Source: Massalongia carnosa
Taxonomy: Eukaryota
Assembly: GCA_965645245.1 (NCBI GenBank)
Contig: OZ287067.1
Span: 930,001-994,000 of the forward strand
Direction of reading: 5' to 3'
Length of the DNA stretch: 64,000 nucleotides
Shown: positions 1-12,300 of the stretch, piece by piece
Layout of the letters: each line of letters begins with the position of its first letter
Numbering within the stretch: position 1 is the stretch's first letter
Program-made: the position numbers and the translations under genes
The notes under the pieces: generated by a model
Seen by the model: the letters and a program-made list of their open reading frames with translations, nothing else
Databases searched by the model: none
What the model was told of the DNA's origin: nothing

Positions 1-23
1 TTGCGAACTCAGTGCTACCTTTG

Positions 24-416
24 TGTTACGACCCTAGTAGGGATAGGACATCCTACTATGGATCGAACAGTTAAACCGTTCTGGGTTTGGACCCAGCGGG
101 AAGCTCACCTGGCTCACTGGTGAGCAAGGCGAGCTGGATAGCTCACCTGGCTCACTGACGAGCAGAGCGAGCAGGTGCTCATCGAGCTCACGAGCGAGCA
201 GAGTGAGCAAGAACTATATAAGTAGCGAAGATTCTCTTATGAAAGCTTCGTGTTCAATTCTCTTTATCATCTTAACTTCATAGTTACAATCTACTGCATT
301 GACGATTGTTCTCATTTACGTGAAGCTATTCTCGTTGCATCTGACGAACACTACAGATCGCTCTATATAAGATCAAACATTTCTCGCGTTTGAAACATCG
401 AAGAAGACGCGTAGCA
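24..416 (+). repeat. A 5' LTR
   Basis: Aligns with 49677-50069; TATATAA near 216; followed by a self-priming site and the gag ATG at 435. Confidence 0.9.
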
Positions 417-434
417 CTTTGAACATTTTTAAAG

Positions 435-1761
435 ATGTCTGTATCAGATCAACGAACTTTTACTTCAAGCATCATTGACAACACTCAACATTAAACAACG
501 ATTATCGATGACGACAAAATCAAAATCAACAAATCTGACGTATATCACGAAGATCGTAATGAACTGAACGATTGATTCACACAGATAAACATTTACTTTA
601 TTTTTAATAATGTTTCAACAGCAAAGAAAACTTTATTCGCATCAATCTTTTTTAAAGAAAAAATCGAAAAATGATTCAAATCATTTCTGCGCAAACATTT
701 AAATGATGACGAAAATCTCGAACATGTAATCGCGCGTTATGATTGTTTCAAGATCGAAATTCGAAGAATCTTTGAAATCTTTAATGAAGAAAAAACAGCG
801 AAAAGAACAATACAACATTTGCAACAACGAACGTCTGCGACGAAATATGCAGCACGATTTCAAAAACAAGTCAATTTAATGGAATGAAACGACGCAGCTT
901 TAATGATCATGTATAAGAAAAATCTTAAAAACAATGTCAAGAATGAATTTATGAAATGAAGCGAAGACATAAACAGTTTCAAATTCTTGATGAAAATCGC
1001 GATCGAATTCGACGACAAGCTTTACGAACGTGTCATGAAAAAACGTTACAACGATTCACGCAGAAATGCGAGCATTTTTGCGAAATCAGTTGATTATCGC
1101 AGAAAAGAATCACATTTCAGAAATAATATCGATAATTACGATATCACGTTTATGAAATTGAATTCGACACAACGACGCAAGAAGATCAACTCTAAAAGAA
1201 ATAAAAAAAACAATAAAAACAACAAAACGTGTTATTCATGTGACAAATCGAATCATTTCGCGAAAAATTGTCGATCAAAAAACTTAATGCAACGACGACA
1301 GATCAATGTTACATTGAAGAAAGATTCTGATGCATGAAAAAAAATAAAAAAGAAGAAAATCGCAAGAAACATCGAGAATTTTTTGAATTTCAGCACAGAT
1401 GACGAATACTTTCATGTGAAAATTCGAAAAAAATTACTCGAAATGCTCAATGAAAAAAAATCACACGAGACATCTGCGACGACAACGCAATTGAACGAAA
1501 CAATCAAAACGACGATTAAATCATCAACATCGTATTTTAAACAAGAGAATCAAGACGAATGTGAATGAATCGAATTAAAACGACAGCAGTTCGACGAAAT
1601 GATTGCAGAATTGAATCGAATGAACAGAATTTCTTGAATATGAAATATGTTCAATCAATTCGAAAAAATTTTCGAAAAACGCATGTTCGAGCGCGACTCT
1701 CAATTAAAAGAAATAATTGAAAAAACATTGAAAAGCACAATCTCGCAAACAAGTAATATTT
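435..1761 (+). pseudogene. gag: A gag remnant (continues at about 20127-20325)
   Basis: ATG 435 is in frame with ORFs 987 and 1383; degenerate zinc knuckle CYSCDKSNHFAKNC; many TGA stops at probable Trp codons. Confidence 0.85.
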
Positions 1762-2335
1762 TGTTGAATATTCAACTCCTACCAGTACTGTCATGAAATG
1801 CCTCCGACCTCACCACGTGCCTCTATCACGTGCCTTGATCTGATGACTACTCACGGACGTCGTGCCATGCCTTCGGGACCCTCATATCATTCTTCGAATT
1901 CGCCGATTACTGATCATTAATCAGCCTCGCATTGATGTTTGATGTCATGGAGTGACTGGGCACCTGCCAGTTAGTTCATTGAATCAACCTTAGCTGCTTG
2001 AACGAAGAACTAGCCGGTTAGCCGATCCGAAAGGAACTAAGCTTAATCCGGTTCAGTCAGGGCAAAGGTAAGTGTTCCGACTATCAATAGTGTCATGGCG
2101 ATAGTTTCATGCTAGGGACTTGGGGAAATTGGATCAACGGCTGGGTTGGGACTAGTTCCGTTCGCCAGAGTCTTATACTCGCCCACGTTGGATTTTCTGA
2201 TTCTTTTCTCCTTGTCGAACGTCTTGTCCACCTAGCTAGACAATCAAGTAACACGTTTGCACCACCTGAATTCCTACCTGACCTCGCACCGTGACACTAC
2301 GTTCGACCTGCCTATTCACCTGGTGCATCACCAAC

Positions 2336-3487
2336 ATGTCCATCAACCTCGACCCCCCTACCTCCGTTTCCAGCGCCGACGAACTGAGAACTGCCGTGCA
2401 GCAACAGCCACAGGCATGGCTCGAGTTCCTTCTTCGCGTCACCAACTTCTCGGCCAATGCTCAGGAACTTATCACCACTTTAGAGACCGACAAAGCAACT
2501 GCACTATCTTCCCTTGAGCAGGTTAACATCACTCTGTCCGAGAATGCAATCACCATGGCCGCTGGACAAGCTGTCATAGACGAACTTCGCACCAATCTGA
2601 TCGATGCCTCGCAGTCTAAGTCACATCGTTCTACCAAACATCCGGACCCATCTTCCTTTGGTGGCGATAAGGCAGAACTTCGGGGATGGATGACGCAACT
2701 CCGAATAAAGCTGAACATCAACAAGGACCACTATCCCACCGAGCAAAGCAAGCTCGCTTATGCACTAAGCCGCTTGAAGGAGAGAGCATTGGAACAACTG
2801 CAGCCGTACCTGGAAAAAGATGGAAATATCGCTCTTGTCGATATGGAAGCGTTTTATACAAAATTGCAATTGGCCTTCGGTGACCCCGATAGAAAAGCGA
2901 CAGCACAAAGGGAACTGCGACAGCTTCGACAAAAGAATAAAGAGTTCTACCTATACCTATCAGATTATCAACGTCTCGTTCCAGACACAGGCTTCGATGA
3001 TGAAGCCAAGCGATCCATTCTCCTAGATGGTCTCAGTGATGAGTTGAAATCTGCTCTCATCACGGTTGACCTACCCCCGTCGTTGGACGACACCATACAA
3101 GTTCTCCAGAAAATTGATAATCGATTCCGTTCCGTCCAGGCCTCAATCCGCAAACCATTTTCATATGGTTCATCTCGCTCTTCCTCCGCCCCGTCCACCC
3201 CGACTACCAAGACCTCTTCCACCTCCACCTTCAGCACTCCCGCTCCTAGGCCCGCAATCACCCCATCCGCAGACACGGACGCCATCCTGTCGACCTCCAG
3301 GCGTCGCGGTCCCATCACCCCGGCGGAAACATCACGCCGCATGAACGAAGGACTATGCATGTACTGTGGAGGATCAGGACATTTCGCCAATTCCTGCCCA
3401 GCCTCCAAGGGAAAACCTAGAGTGAGGACATATGAACTGAGCACGGTGACTTCGGAAGAGGAGGGAAAAGTTCAGTCTTCGGCCTAA
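2336..3487 (+). CDS. gag: D Gag (capsid plus CCHC knuckle CMYCGGSGHFANSC)
   Basis: First ATG after the LTR is in frame with ORF 2291-3487; retrotransposon Gag motifs. Confidence 0.93.
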   Translation: MSINLDPPTSVSSADELRTAVQQQPQAWLEFLLRVTNFSANAQELITTLETDKATALSSLEQVNITLSENAITMAAGQAVIDELRTNLIDASQSKSHRSTKHPDPSSFGGDKAELRGWMTQLRIKLNINKDHYPTEQSKLAYALSRLKERALEQLQPYLEKDGNIALVDMEAFYTKLQLAFGDPDRKATAQRELRQLRQKNKEFYLYLSDYQRLVPDTGFDDEAKRSILLDGLSDELKSALITVDLPPSLDDTIQVLQKIDNRFRSVQASIRKPFSYGSSRSSSAPSTPTTKTSSTSTFSTPAPRPAITPSADTDAILSTSRRRGPITPAETSRRMNEGLCMYCGGSGHFANSCPASKGKPRVRTYELSTVTSEEEGKVQSSA

Positions 3488-3502
3488 GTCGCGGCCGAAG
3501 AC
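3463..3502 (+). promoter_or_regulatory. D -1 ribosomal frameshift signal
   Basis: G_GGA_AAA in gag phase, then a 10-bp stem GTCTTCGGCC/GGCCGAAGAC; the -1 frame is open into pol. Confidence 0.85.
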
Positions 3503-3534
3503 AAAAAGAAACTATTTCGATTTCGGCATTTTCC

Positions 3535-6500
3535 TTGTCCAAAGAACCTCTATCCGAAGAACATTTGGATGGAAGGCATTTGGTTGTGTCTCTTGTTGTT
3601 TCCATAGGAACAATCAGAATCAAGACTTATGCATTGATTGATTGTGGAGCATCTGGATTTGCCTTTGTTGATTCCTCGTTCGCGCACCATCATCGCATAC
3701 CCCTCGCCCTCATGAAGAACCCTCGTATTCTTGAACTCGCAGACGGCCGTCCCGTGTCGTCTGGGAAGCTTACTCACCTCGCCCGTCTGAACCTTGACAT
3801 CGCCTCGCATTCCGAACCCGCTAACCTTCTCGTCACCAGCCTCGGTCACTATCCCATCGTTCTCGGCATTAAATGGCTGCAAATTCACGACGTCAGCATA
3901 CGATGGGCCATGAACTCTCTCACTTTCAACTCACCTTACTGCCGTCAGCACTGTCTTGACAACTCCGAGTCAAACACGGTCATCGGCATAACCAACGTTC
4001 CAGAACTCCGCGCTGAAAAACCCCTCGTCGTTGAAAGCAGCGCTAGTCCCGACTTGACTGCTGCAATCACCGAAGACCCTAGCCCCGAAGCGGTTAGATT
4101 TAACAGGCCCGGCCGGTTAAATCGGCGCGTTAATTCAAAATCGATCGCGATCGCCGCCCCCTCGCCCATCTTGCCTCCGACCTTGCCCGTTTCGCCTATC
4201 TTGCCTTGGACTTCACCCGTCCCGTCCCTGCTCGTTCCGCCGCCGACCCATAAGAATCCACCATTGAGCATATGTATGATAGGGGCAGCCCCCTTTACCC
4301 GTCTAGCGAAGAAGAAGGAGTGTGAACTCTTTACCGTGAACATGAGAGACATTGAACATTCCTTGAACCCTAAGCCGGAAGTTGATCCCGCTACAGTGTT
4401 GCCATCGGAATATCATGAATTTCTTGATGTATTTTCCAAGAAAGAAGCTGATAAACTTCCGGGGCGACGTAGCCATGATCATAAAATTCCGTTGATGAAT
4501 GGAAAGGAACCCACATATGGCCCGTTATATGGCATGAGTCGAGATGAACTGTTAGTTCTACAGAAGTATCTGACGGAAAACCTGAAGAAGGGTTTTATTC
4601 GGTCCAGTTCTTCCCCTGCTGCGTCCCCGGTGTTGTTCGTTAGGAAACCAGGCGGAGGCCTGCGTTTTTGTGTTGATTACAGAGCATTAAATGCGATAAC
4701 GATCAAGAACAGATACCCCCTACCTTTGATCAGAGAAACCTTGGACCGCTTGAGTAAAGCAGTTATCTTTACTAAGTTGGATATTGTCGCGGCCTTCAAC
4801 CGTCTCCGTGTAGCTCATGGAGAGGAATGGAAGACTGCCTTTCGAACACGCTATGGATTATATGAATATCTCGTCATGCCGTTTGGACTCTGTGGAGCCC
4901 CATCTTCGTTTCAGGAGTACATTAATGATGTGCTTCGTGAATATCTAGACATCTTCTGCACCGCGTACATCGATGACATATTGATTTACAGCAATTCCCT
5001 GAAAGAACACAAGGATCATGTGAGAAAAGTGCTGATGGCCTTACAAAAGGCCGGATTACAACTCGACATCTCAAAGTGTGAATTCCATGTCACGGAGACC
5101 ATTTACTTAGGGTTAATAATATCCAAAGATGGTATAAGAATGGACCCTAAGAAAATTGAAACTATTCAGAATTGGAACACCCCCGAGAACCTCAAGGACG
5201 TGCAGGCCTTCATAGGATTCGCGAATTTCTATCGTCGATTTGTCAAGGGTTTCTCTCGTATAGCCGGACCATTGACTGCTATGTCAAAAAAGAAGATACC
5301 ATTCGTATGGACCGATGACTGCGCAAAGGCCTTCGAAGATCTGAAGGCTATGTTCACTAGTGACCTTGTTCTGCTGCATTTTGACCCCGATAAGGAAAGC
5401 GTGGTTGAAACTGACTCTTCCGATTATGTCAATGCCGGAGTCCTCTCACAGTATGATGACGATGGAGTCCTTCGCCCCGTAGCCTTTTTCTCGCGACGTT
5501 TGTCACCCGCGGAGTGCAATTACGAGATTTATGATAAAGAACTATTAGCCATAATACGTGCCTTCGAGGAATGGAGACCAGAACTTCAGGGAGCCGCCTA
5601 CCCGGTCAAGGTAATCACTGATCATAAAAACCTGGAGTATTTCACCACCACCAAGCAGCTAAGCAGGCGACAGGCCCGCTGGGCAGAATATCTCTCACGT
5701 TTCGACTTCAAAATCACGTATCGACCCGGCAAATTAGGCGGAAAACCTGACGCTTTGACTAGAAGATCAGGAGATCTTCCTAAAGAAGGGGACGTGAGAC
5801 TAGAACATCAGAATCAGGTGGTATTAAAACCGCATAATTTTGAACTTCATGCTAACAACGTGCCTCGTGTGACTGACGTGTCCGACTCTGAACCTGACAT
5901 CGCACCTGACATCGCCATTGAACCATCGAATCTCGCCCCTGCCCTCGACTCGGATGACAAATCTATAGACGAACTCATTGATCTAGGATATGAACATGAC
6001 CCCACGCCTAACAAAATCCTGACCCTTCTCCGAAACGGTGCTCGACACAGCAAGGACATCACCCTAGCCGAATGCGAAGACAGGAATGGAAGACTATACT
6101 ACAAGGAAAGGCTTTATGTCCCTGATTGGCATGAACTAAAAATGAGACTATGCAAGGAATATCACGACAGCCCAGTCGCCGGCCATCCAGGCAGGTCTAA
6201 AACATTTAGTCTGATGGCGCGAGACTACTACTGGCCCCGATATCATCAATTCATTGCTCGCTATGTTCAACACTGTCATACATGCTCTCGCAGTAAAGCT
6301 TCCCATTATGCCAAGTACGGAGTGTTAAAACCTTTGCCCGTTCCCCAACAACGATGGAAGGACATATCTATGGATTTCGTTACCGGCCTACCCGAAAGTA
6401 GTGATAAAAACGCCGTGCTAAGCGTTGTTTGTCGACTAACCAAGATGAAGCACTTTATTCCCTGCAGAGAAACCACCGACGCTAAGGCCTTGGCTAGACT

Positions 6501-7443
6501 ATACGTTGAACATGTCTGGAAACTTCATGGCCTACCCGACTCCATTGTGTCGGATCGAGGAGGCCAGTTCATAGCTGACTTTTGGAAAGCACTATGTGAA
6601 CGACTAAGGATCAACAGTCGGCTATCTACGTCGTTTCACCCGGAAACTGACGGTCAAACGGAACGTTATAATGCAGTCATGGAACAATACCTCAGAAGCT
6701 ATGTGTCTTATCAACAAGATGATTGGACCGACTGGCTACCCATGGCTGAGTTCGCTAGTAATAACTCCGACTCCGAGACAACGTCCGTCAGCCCATTCCT
6801 TGCCAACTATGGTTTCCACCCCCGTCTTGGTTTTGAACCTGTTCATCGCGACTCGCCCAATGCACATGTCATTAGCGCTGACGAATTTGCTTTCAAAATG
6901 CAAAGTATCAGTGAACACCTCGGCGACGAAATGCGCCTAGCTCAAGCACGTTACGAAGCATCTGCTAATGCAAGTAGGACCCCGGCTCCTATGTTTCAGA
7001 TCGGTGACGAGGTCTGGTTGGACGCTCGACATATAAAGACCAAACGGCCATCGCGAAAGTTGGACTGGAAAAAGCTTGGAAGGTTCACTATAAAGAAAGT
7101 TGTCAGCAAGTACGCATACAAGTTAGACCTTCCCGCCTCCATGAACGTTCATCCTGTGTTCCATGTCTCCCTCCTAGAACCTGTCTCTCAACAACCCCAC
7201 GTCGGCCACATACCCGCTCCTTCCCCTCCTGTCGAAGTTGAAGGTGAAACGGAGTGGGAGGTCGAGGAAATTTTGGACTCCCGTTTCTTCCGAAGACGTT
7301 TACAGTACCTAATCAAGTGGACTGGTTGGGACGCACCCGACTGGACCGAAGCTAAGGACGTCACCCACTGCTCCGACCTATTGGAAGACTTTCATCGACT
7401 GAGGCCTACCAAGCCCGGTGGTCCTCGCGGAGCTCGGACCTAA
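3535..7443 (+). CDS. pol: D Pol (PR-RT-RNase H-IN-chromodomain), expressed by frameshift
   Basis: LIDCGA protease, YIDD RT, ETDSSDY RNase H, HHCC plus D,D35E integrase, EWEVEEILD chromodomain. Confidence 0.97.
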   Translation: MSKEPLSEEHLDGRHLVVSLVVSIGTIRIKTYALIDCGASGFAFVDSSFAHHHRIPLALMKNPRILELADGRPVSSGKLTHLARLNLDIASHSEPANLLVTSLGHYPIVLGIKWLQIHDVSIRWAMNSLTFNSPYCRQHCLDNSESNTVIGITNVPELRAEKPLVVESSASPDLTAAITEDPSPEAVRFNRPGRLNRRVNSKSIAIAAPSPILPPTLPVSPILPWTSPVPSLLVPPPTHKNPPLSICMIGAAPFTRLAKKKECELFTVNMRDIEHSLNPKPEVDPATVLPSEYHEFLDVFSKKEADKLPGRRSHDHKIPLMNGKEPTYGPLYGMSRDELLVLQKYLTENLKKGFIRSSSSPAASPVLFVRKPGGGLRFCVDYRALNAITIKNRYPLPLIRETLDRLSKAVIFTKLDIVAAFNRLRVAHGEEWKTAFRTRYGLYEYLVMPFGLCGAPSSFQEYINDVLREYLDIFCTAYIDDILIYSNSLKEHKDHVRKVLMALQKAGLQLDISKCEFHVTETIYLGLIISKDGIRMDPKKIETIQNWNTPENLKDVQAFIGFANFYRRFVKGFSRIAGPLTAMSKKKIPFVWTDDCAKAFEDLKAMFTSDLVLLHFDPDKESVVETDSSDYVNAGVLSQYDDDGVLRPVAFFSRRLSPAECNYEIYDKELLAIIRAFEEWRPELQGAAYPVKVITDHKNLEYFTTTKQLSRRQARWAEYLSRFDFKITYRPGKLGGKPDALTRRSGDLPKEGDVRLEHQNQVVLKPHNFELHANNVPRVTDVSDSEPDIAPDIAIEPSNLAPALDSDDKSIDELIDLGYEHDPTPNKILTLLRNGARHSKDITLAECEDRNGRLYYKERLYVPDWHELKMRLCKEYHDSPVAGHPGRSKTFSLMARDYYWPRYHQFIARYVQHCHTCSRSKASHYAKYGVLKPLPVPQQRWKDISMDFVTGLPESSDKNAVLSVVCRLTKMKHFIPCRETTDAKALARLYVEHVWKLHGLPDSIVSDRGGQFIADFWKALCERLRINSRLSTSFHPETDGQTERYNAVMEQYLRSYVSYQQDDWTDWLPMAEFASNNSDSETTSVSPFLANYGFHPRLGFEPVHRDSPNAHVISADEFAFKMQSISEHLGDEMRLAQARYEASANASRTPAPMFQIGDEVWLDARHIKTKRPSRKLDWKKLGRFTIKKVVSKYAYKLDLPASMNVHPVFHVSLLEPVSQQPHVGHIPAPSPPVEVEGETEWEVEEILDSRFFRRRLQYLIKWTGWDAPDWTEAKDVTHCSDLLEDFHRLRPTKPGGPRGART

Positions 7444-8172
7444 AAGGGGAGCTGGTGTCATGGAGTGACTGGGCACCTGCCAGTTAGTTCATTGAATCAA
7501 CCTTAGCTGCTTGAACGAAGAACTAGCCGGTTAGCCGATCCGAAAGGAACTAAGCTTAATCCGGTTCAGTCAGGGCAAAGGTAAGTGTTCCGACTATCAA
7601 TAGTGTCATGGCGATAGTTTCATGCTAGGGACTTGGGGAAATTGGATCAACGGCTGGGTTGGGACTAGTTCCGTTCGCCAGAGTCTTATACTCGCCCACG
7701 TTGGATTTTCTGATTCTTTTCTCCTTGTCGAACGTCTTGTCCACCTAGCTAGACAATCAAGTAACACGTTTGCACCACCTGAATTCCTACCTGACCTCGC
7801 ACCGTGACATTTGACATCTCCCGTCTCCTCGCTGACCCCATCGTGCTTATTGCCGCTATAATGCCCCTCATTCATCATCGCACTGACTAGACATCATTCG
7901 CCGCCACCCTAGAAAGATGAATATGGGAGGACAAAGATATAAGAAAGAAGTCGAATCATGGAAGTTCTGATTCTTTGTCGAACGTCTTGAATAGCCAACC
8001 TAGCCTAGCCTAGATTCATAGCTATAGACTCAATCAATAAGCTTGACCATCAACCCACCTTGCCTTTGCCCTTGCCCTCGACCTGATTTCGTGACATTAC
8101 GTTCGACCAAGATTCAAAAGTGCCTTCCATAGCATTTTCCCTCATCTCCCTTTATCTCATTCCCCCTCAATC

Positions 8173-9315
8173 ATGTCTTCAGCAGAAGAGAACCTCTCCG
8201 AGCTGGATAAGCGTATTCGATTCATTCAGGAACGTCTTCAGGCAGACCCTCAGCAATTCCTGAGTCAAATGGACAACCTAGAAGCCGAAGTAAACCAACT
8301 TCGCAACAATGCCAATACCCCTTCTATTTCCGAGCCCATACCTATCTCAAATCCACCCCCCCCTACCTTGGATCCGCAAATCATGGCCATGATGCAGCTG
8401 CTCCTGGCGTCAAAAAACTCCCTCATCCGCTCCGAAAAGCTCCCGGACATCACGGAGTATGAGGGCGAAGAAGTCAAGCTGGATGCGTGGGAGCAGTCCC
8501 TGATTCAAAGAATGCATGTCAACAATGATCGATACCCGTTCGATCAAGCCAAAATTGCCTATGCCGAAAGCCGACTCACCATAGGCAAAAAGGCTCATAA
8601 CCTAATGAATGCGTACAGGGTCGATGGCCTTTGCGTACTAACCTCATTTGCTGAATGGCGATCAGCCCTCCGCCGCGCATGCGGAAATCCCTACGAGCAG
8701 GAGGATGCTCGCAAATACCTTCGCGATATCCTCAAACAGGGAAGTAGTAGCTTCGAGGAGTACTACAACCTTTTTGCGCAGAAAAAAGACCGGTCCAAGA
8801 TGGAAGATGCCAGCCTGATCGATGCCATGAAGGCAAATGTGAATTATTCAACCCAGACCGCAGCCCTAATGTATAGGGTCCCCGGAACCCAAAGGCAACC
8901 AACCACCTTCGACGAGCACGTCACCATGTGGTTGGAGACAGATCGTGGCCTTCGGCAGATCCGCCACATTGCCCCAAAGGCGAACACCACCACTATCACC
9001 CCGACACCGAAAAAGCCAAACCCGTTATCAGCACTTCCCCCGACAGTCGCTCCCGCTGCCAAAGCACCTGTCGCTTCTCCCGCCTCCCCTGCGCTGCTCA
9101 TTGGCGACCCCATGGACCTAAGCTCTGCCATGGCAGCGGTGAAAGGCCAATCGCTCAAAACCGAGGGGGTCCGCAAAATCTGCGAAGACTGGAAGTTGTG
9201 TTTCTACTGCAAATTGCAGCATCCAGGGAAGTCAGCAACTGACTGTCCCAACAAGCGAACCAACCTTCGGAGCATGGAGCTCGAAGCCCCTGATATTGAT
9301 CAGGGAAAAGCCTAG
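8173..9315 (+). CDS. gag: B1 Gag
   Basis: 380-aa ORF after the LTR/PBS; knuckle-like CFYCKLQHPGKSATDC. Confidence 0.93.
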   Translation: MSSAEENLSELDKRIRFIQERLQADPQQFLSQMDNLEAEVNQLRNNANTPSISEPIPISNPPPPTLDPQIMAMMQLLLASKNSLIRSEKLPDITEYEGEEVKLDAWEQSLIQRMHVNNDRYPFDQAKIAYAESRLTIGKKAHNLMNAYRVDGLCVLTSFAEWRSALRRACGNPYEQEDARKYLRDILKQGSSSFEEYYNLFAQKKDRSKMEDASLIDAMKANVNYSTQTAALMYRVPGTQRQPTTFDEHVTMWLETDRGLRQIRHIAPKANTTTITPTPKKPNPLSALPPTVAPAAKAPVASPASPALLIGDPMDLSSAMAAVKGQSLKTEGVRKICEDWKLCFYCKLQHPGKSATDCPNKRTNLRSMELEAPDIDQGKA

Positions 9316-9343
9316 TCTCTGCACATCGTCGCGTGCAGGGACT
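9303..9343 (+). promoter_or_regulatory. B1 -1 frameshift signal
   Basis: G_GGA_AAA, then an 11-bp stem AGTCTCTGCAC/GTGCAGGGACT (one G-U pair); pol is in the -1 frame. Confidence 0.85.
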
Positions 9344-12300
9344 CCCCCCCCTTCTCATTTCCTCATGTTTGATGGCCAGTTTTTCCCCCTCTTTGAGATC
9401 CAATACGCGATTTTCCGCAGCCTCCGCTTTGGAGCTGTTTGAATCAGATAAGACGTTCAGAGACAGTCACATGGTGATGACAGGTATCTTGCGATTATCT
9501 AGATCTAGGATTAGAACGTATAATCTAATTGATTGTGGTGCATCTGGCTTTTCATTCATCGATGAGAAATTTGCGCATACTAACCAAATTCCCCTTCATC
9601 TTCTCAAATATCCCCGCCGGCTCGAAGGATTCGACGGCCAAAGGGCTCTATCCGGCAATATCACTCATGTGGCCGAAATCACCATGGATCTAGAAGGTCA
9701 TGTAGAAAAACTCTTTCTATATGTCACCGGGTTAAAAAATTATCCCATTATCCTGGGCCATCCATGGCTCCGCCGGCATAACGCCATAGCCGATTTTGGG
9801 CATAATACGCTCACCTTTGCCTCCCCCTACTGCCTCACTCACTGTTGCCCCCACCCCGTCAAGCTTCAAGCCGTTGAGGAAGAGTTCCTCACCCCAGCCG
9901 AGAGTCGAAAAATCTGGGATGAAGAGATCCTCGAAGACGCCCTAGGAAAAGTTATCAATCAAGACACGTCTATCAGAACGTCGATAACTTCTCTAGAAGA
10001 GGGGGAAGAAATTCCCACAATCAGAAATTCCATTCCTGACAATCCCGTCAAAATCGAGGAATCCATCCCTTTGTTCAAAACCGCGCGGCGCGATTTCACC
10101 TTAATCAAACCCGAAATCAATGAACCCGAACCCCAGCCTCAAAACCCCACCGATGAACCCAGTCGCATTGAAAATGCAATCCAGCAAGGGCTTCCCCCCC
10201 CGAAAATCCGATACCGAAGCCCGTCCAAATTGCGGACATCCACCCAAAGACGTGCTCATCAAGCAGCACGCAAAACCACCCCGCAGATGAATGTCTGCGA
10301 AATCGGAGCTATCTCCTTCAATCGACTGACTCGGAAGAAAAACCACGATAGTTTCGCCCTGTCCATGAAAGAAATTGACCTCTTTCTAGGAAAAACCAAC
10401 CCCGAACCTCTAGTAATGAAAGCCTCACCTAGTTCAGCCCCCGATTTGATCGAAAAAGCCAAAAAACCCAGCCCAGCCTACCAACCATTGCCATCTCGAG
10501 CAAGCCCGCACGAGAAAGAAATCCACCTAGCCTTATTTAAGATGAATAAGGCCCTAACCCTAGCCACCGCCGTGACTCGTGAAGAGTTAGACGCTTACCG
10601 AGAAAGTAAGAACGTCGACCCAGCCCCCCTTCTGCCCAAGCAATACCACGAATTCCTAGATGTCTTCTCGAAGAAGAAATCCGAAGACTTGCCCCCCCGC
10701 CGTCCCTACGATCATGCCATAAACCTGAAAGAAGGTACGCAGGCCCCTAGTCAGGCCCTGTATGGTATGAGTCGTACCGAAATCGAGGAGCTCCGCCGCT
10801 ACCTCGACGAAAATCTAGCCAAGGGATTTATTCGGGCTAGTCGCTCCCACGCCGCCTCCCCGGTGATGTTCGTGAAAAAGCCAGGTGGGGGACTTCGATT
10901 TTGCGTGGATTATCGTGCTCTGAATGCCATCACGATTAAGGATCGCTATCCGCTGCCCTTGATCGCCGAGACCCTGCACCAATTAATCAAAGCCAAGATA
11001 TTCACCAAGATAGACATCATCGCCGCCTTCAATATGCTCCGCATACGAGAAGGAGACGAAGAACTCACCGCTTTTCGCACTCGTTTCGGCCTTTTCGAGT
11101 CCTTGGTCCTACCCTTCGGCCTATGCAACGGGCCCGCCTCATTTCAGCACTTCATCAACGATACGCTTCACGAGTATCTTGCTGACTTTTGCACTGCGTA
11201 CCTAGATGATATCCTCATCTACAGTGACAATGAGCTGGAGCACGAGGTCCACGTCAAAAAAATCCTGTCTCGACTCCGAGATGCAGGCCTGCAAGCCGAC
11301 ATCACCAAGTGCAAGTTCCATGTCACCGAAATTGCATACCTAGGGATGATCGTGACCACCGAAGGGATAAAAATGGACCCGGCCAAGGTGGAAACCGTCG
11401 TCAATTGGCCAAACCTCGTCAATGTGAAAGATGTGCAAAGCTTTCTGGGTTTTGCTAACTTTTATAGACGATTCGTGTATGGGTTTAGCGACATAGCTGG
11501 CCCCCTAACCAACCTGACCAAGAAGGAGACGGAATTCCTGTGGACTGACAAATGCCAATTGGCATTCGAAATGCTGAAAAAAGCTTTCACCTCCGATGTC
11601 ATTCTCAGGCATTTCGACCCCGATCGTCCCATCATCGTCGAAACCGATGCCTCCGACTATGTTTCGGGGGGCATTCTTTCTCAATACGACGATGATGGGA
11701 TACTTCACCCCGTCGCCTACTTCTCAAAGAAGCACAATCCCGCCGAGTGCAACTACGAGATCTATGACAAAGAACTGATGGCAATCGTTCGATGTTTTGA
11801 AGAATGGCGACCCGAACTAGAAGGATCTGCCTTCCCCATCAGCGTCATATCCGACCACAAAAACCTGGAGTATTTTGCCTCCACCAAGCAGCTCAGCCGT
11901 CGCCAAGCTAGATGGAGCGAATTTCTCTCTCGATTTGACTTCAAGATAGTCTATCGACCAGGAAAAGCCGGAGGAAAACCGGACGCTCTAACTCGTCGAT
12001 CGGGAGATCTTCCTAAAGAAGGGGATGATACGGACGAGCGAAGGAAATTTCAACACCAAACCATTTTGAAAACCGAAAACCTGGATGAGGAAGTCGCAAA
12101 AAGTTATTTGCGATCCATTCTTCTGGCACCAGCTTTCCTAGATGATGCAGATATCGAAGAAGCAGAACCTCAGCTAGATGAGGACCTCATCGATCCCGAT
12201 GAGGATATCTCCACGGAGCTCCTCTGGGAACAAGCCCTGACACGAGACCAATTCGCCCCCGAAGTCCTGGAAGCCCTTCGTAATAACGAGAGGCATCACA

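Larger units (their letters stand above)
1943..7809 (+). mobile_element. Element D: intact Ty3/Gypsy chromovirus
   Basis: 354-bp LTRs 1943-2296 and 7456-7809, no difference seen; TSD TTTGA (1938-1942/7810-7814); PPT AAAAGGGGAG. Confidence 0.98.

Noticed and set aside
19..421. LTR 24-416 as a solo LTR with TSD CTTTG
   Set aside because: The downstream CTTTGAACA contains the self-priming site and leads directly into gag, so the match is probably chance.
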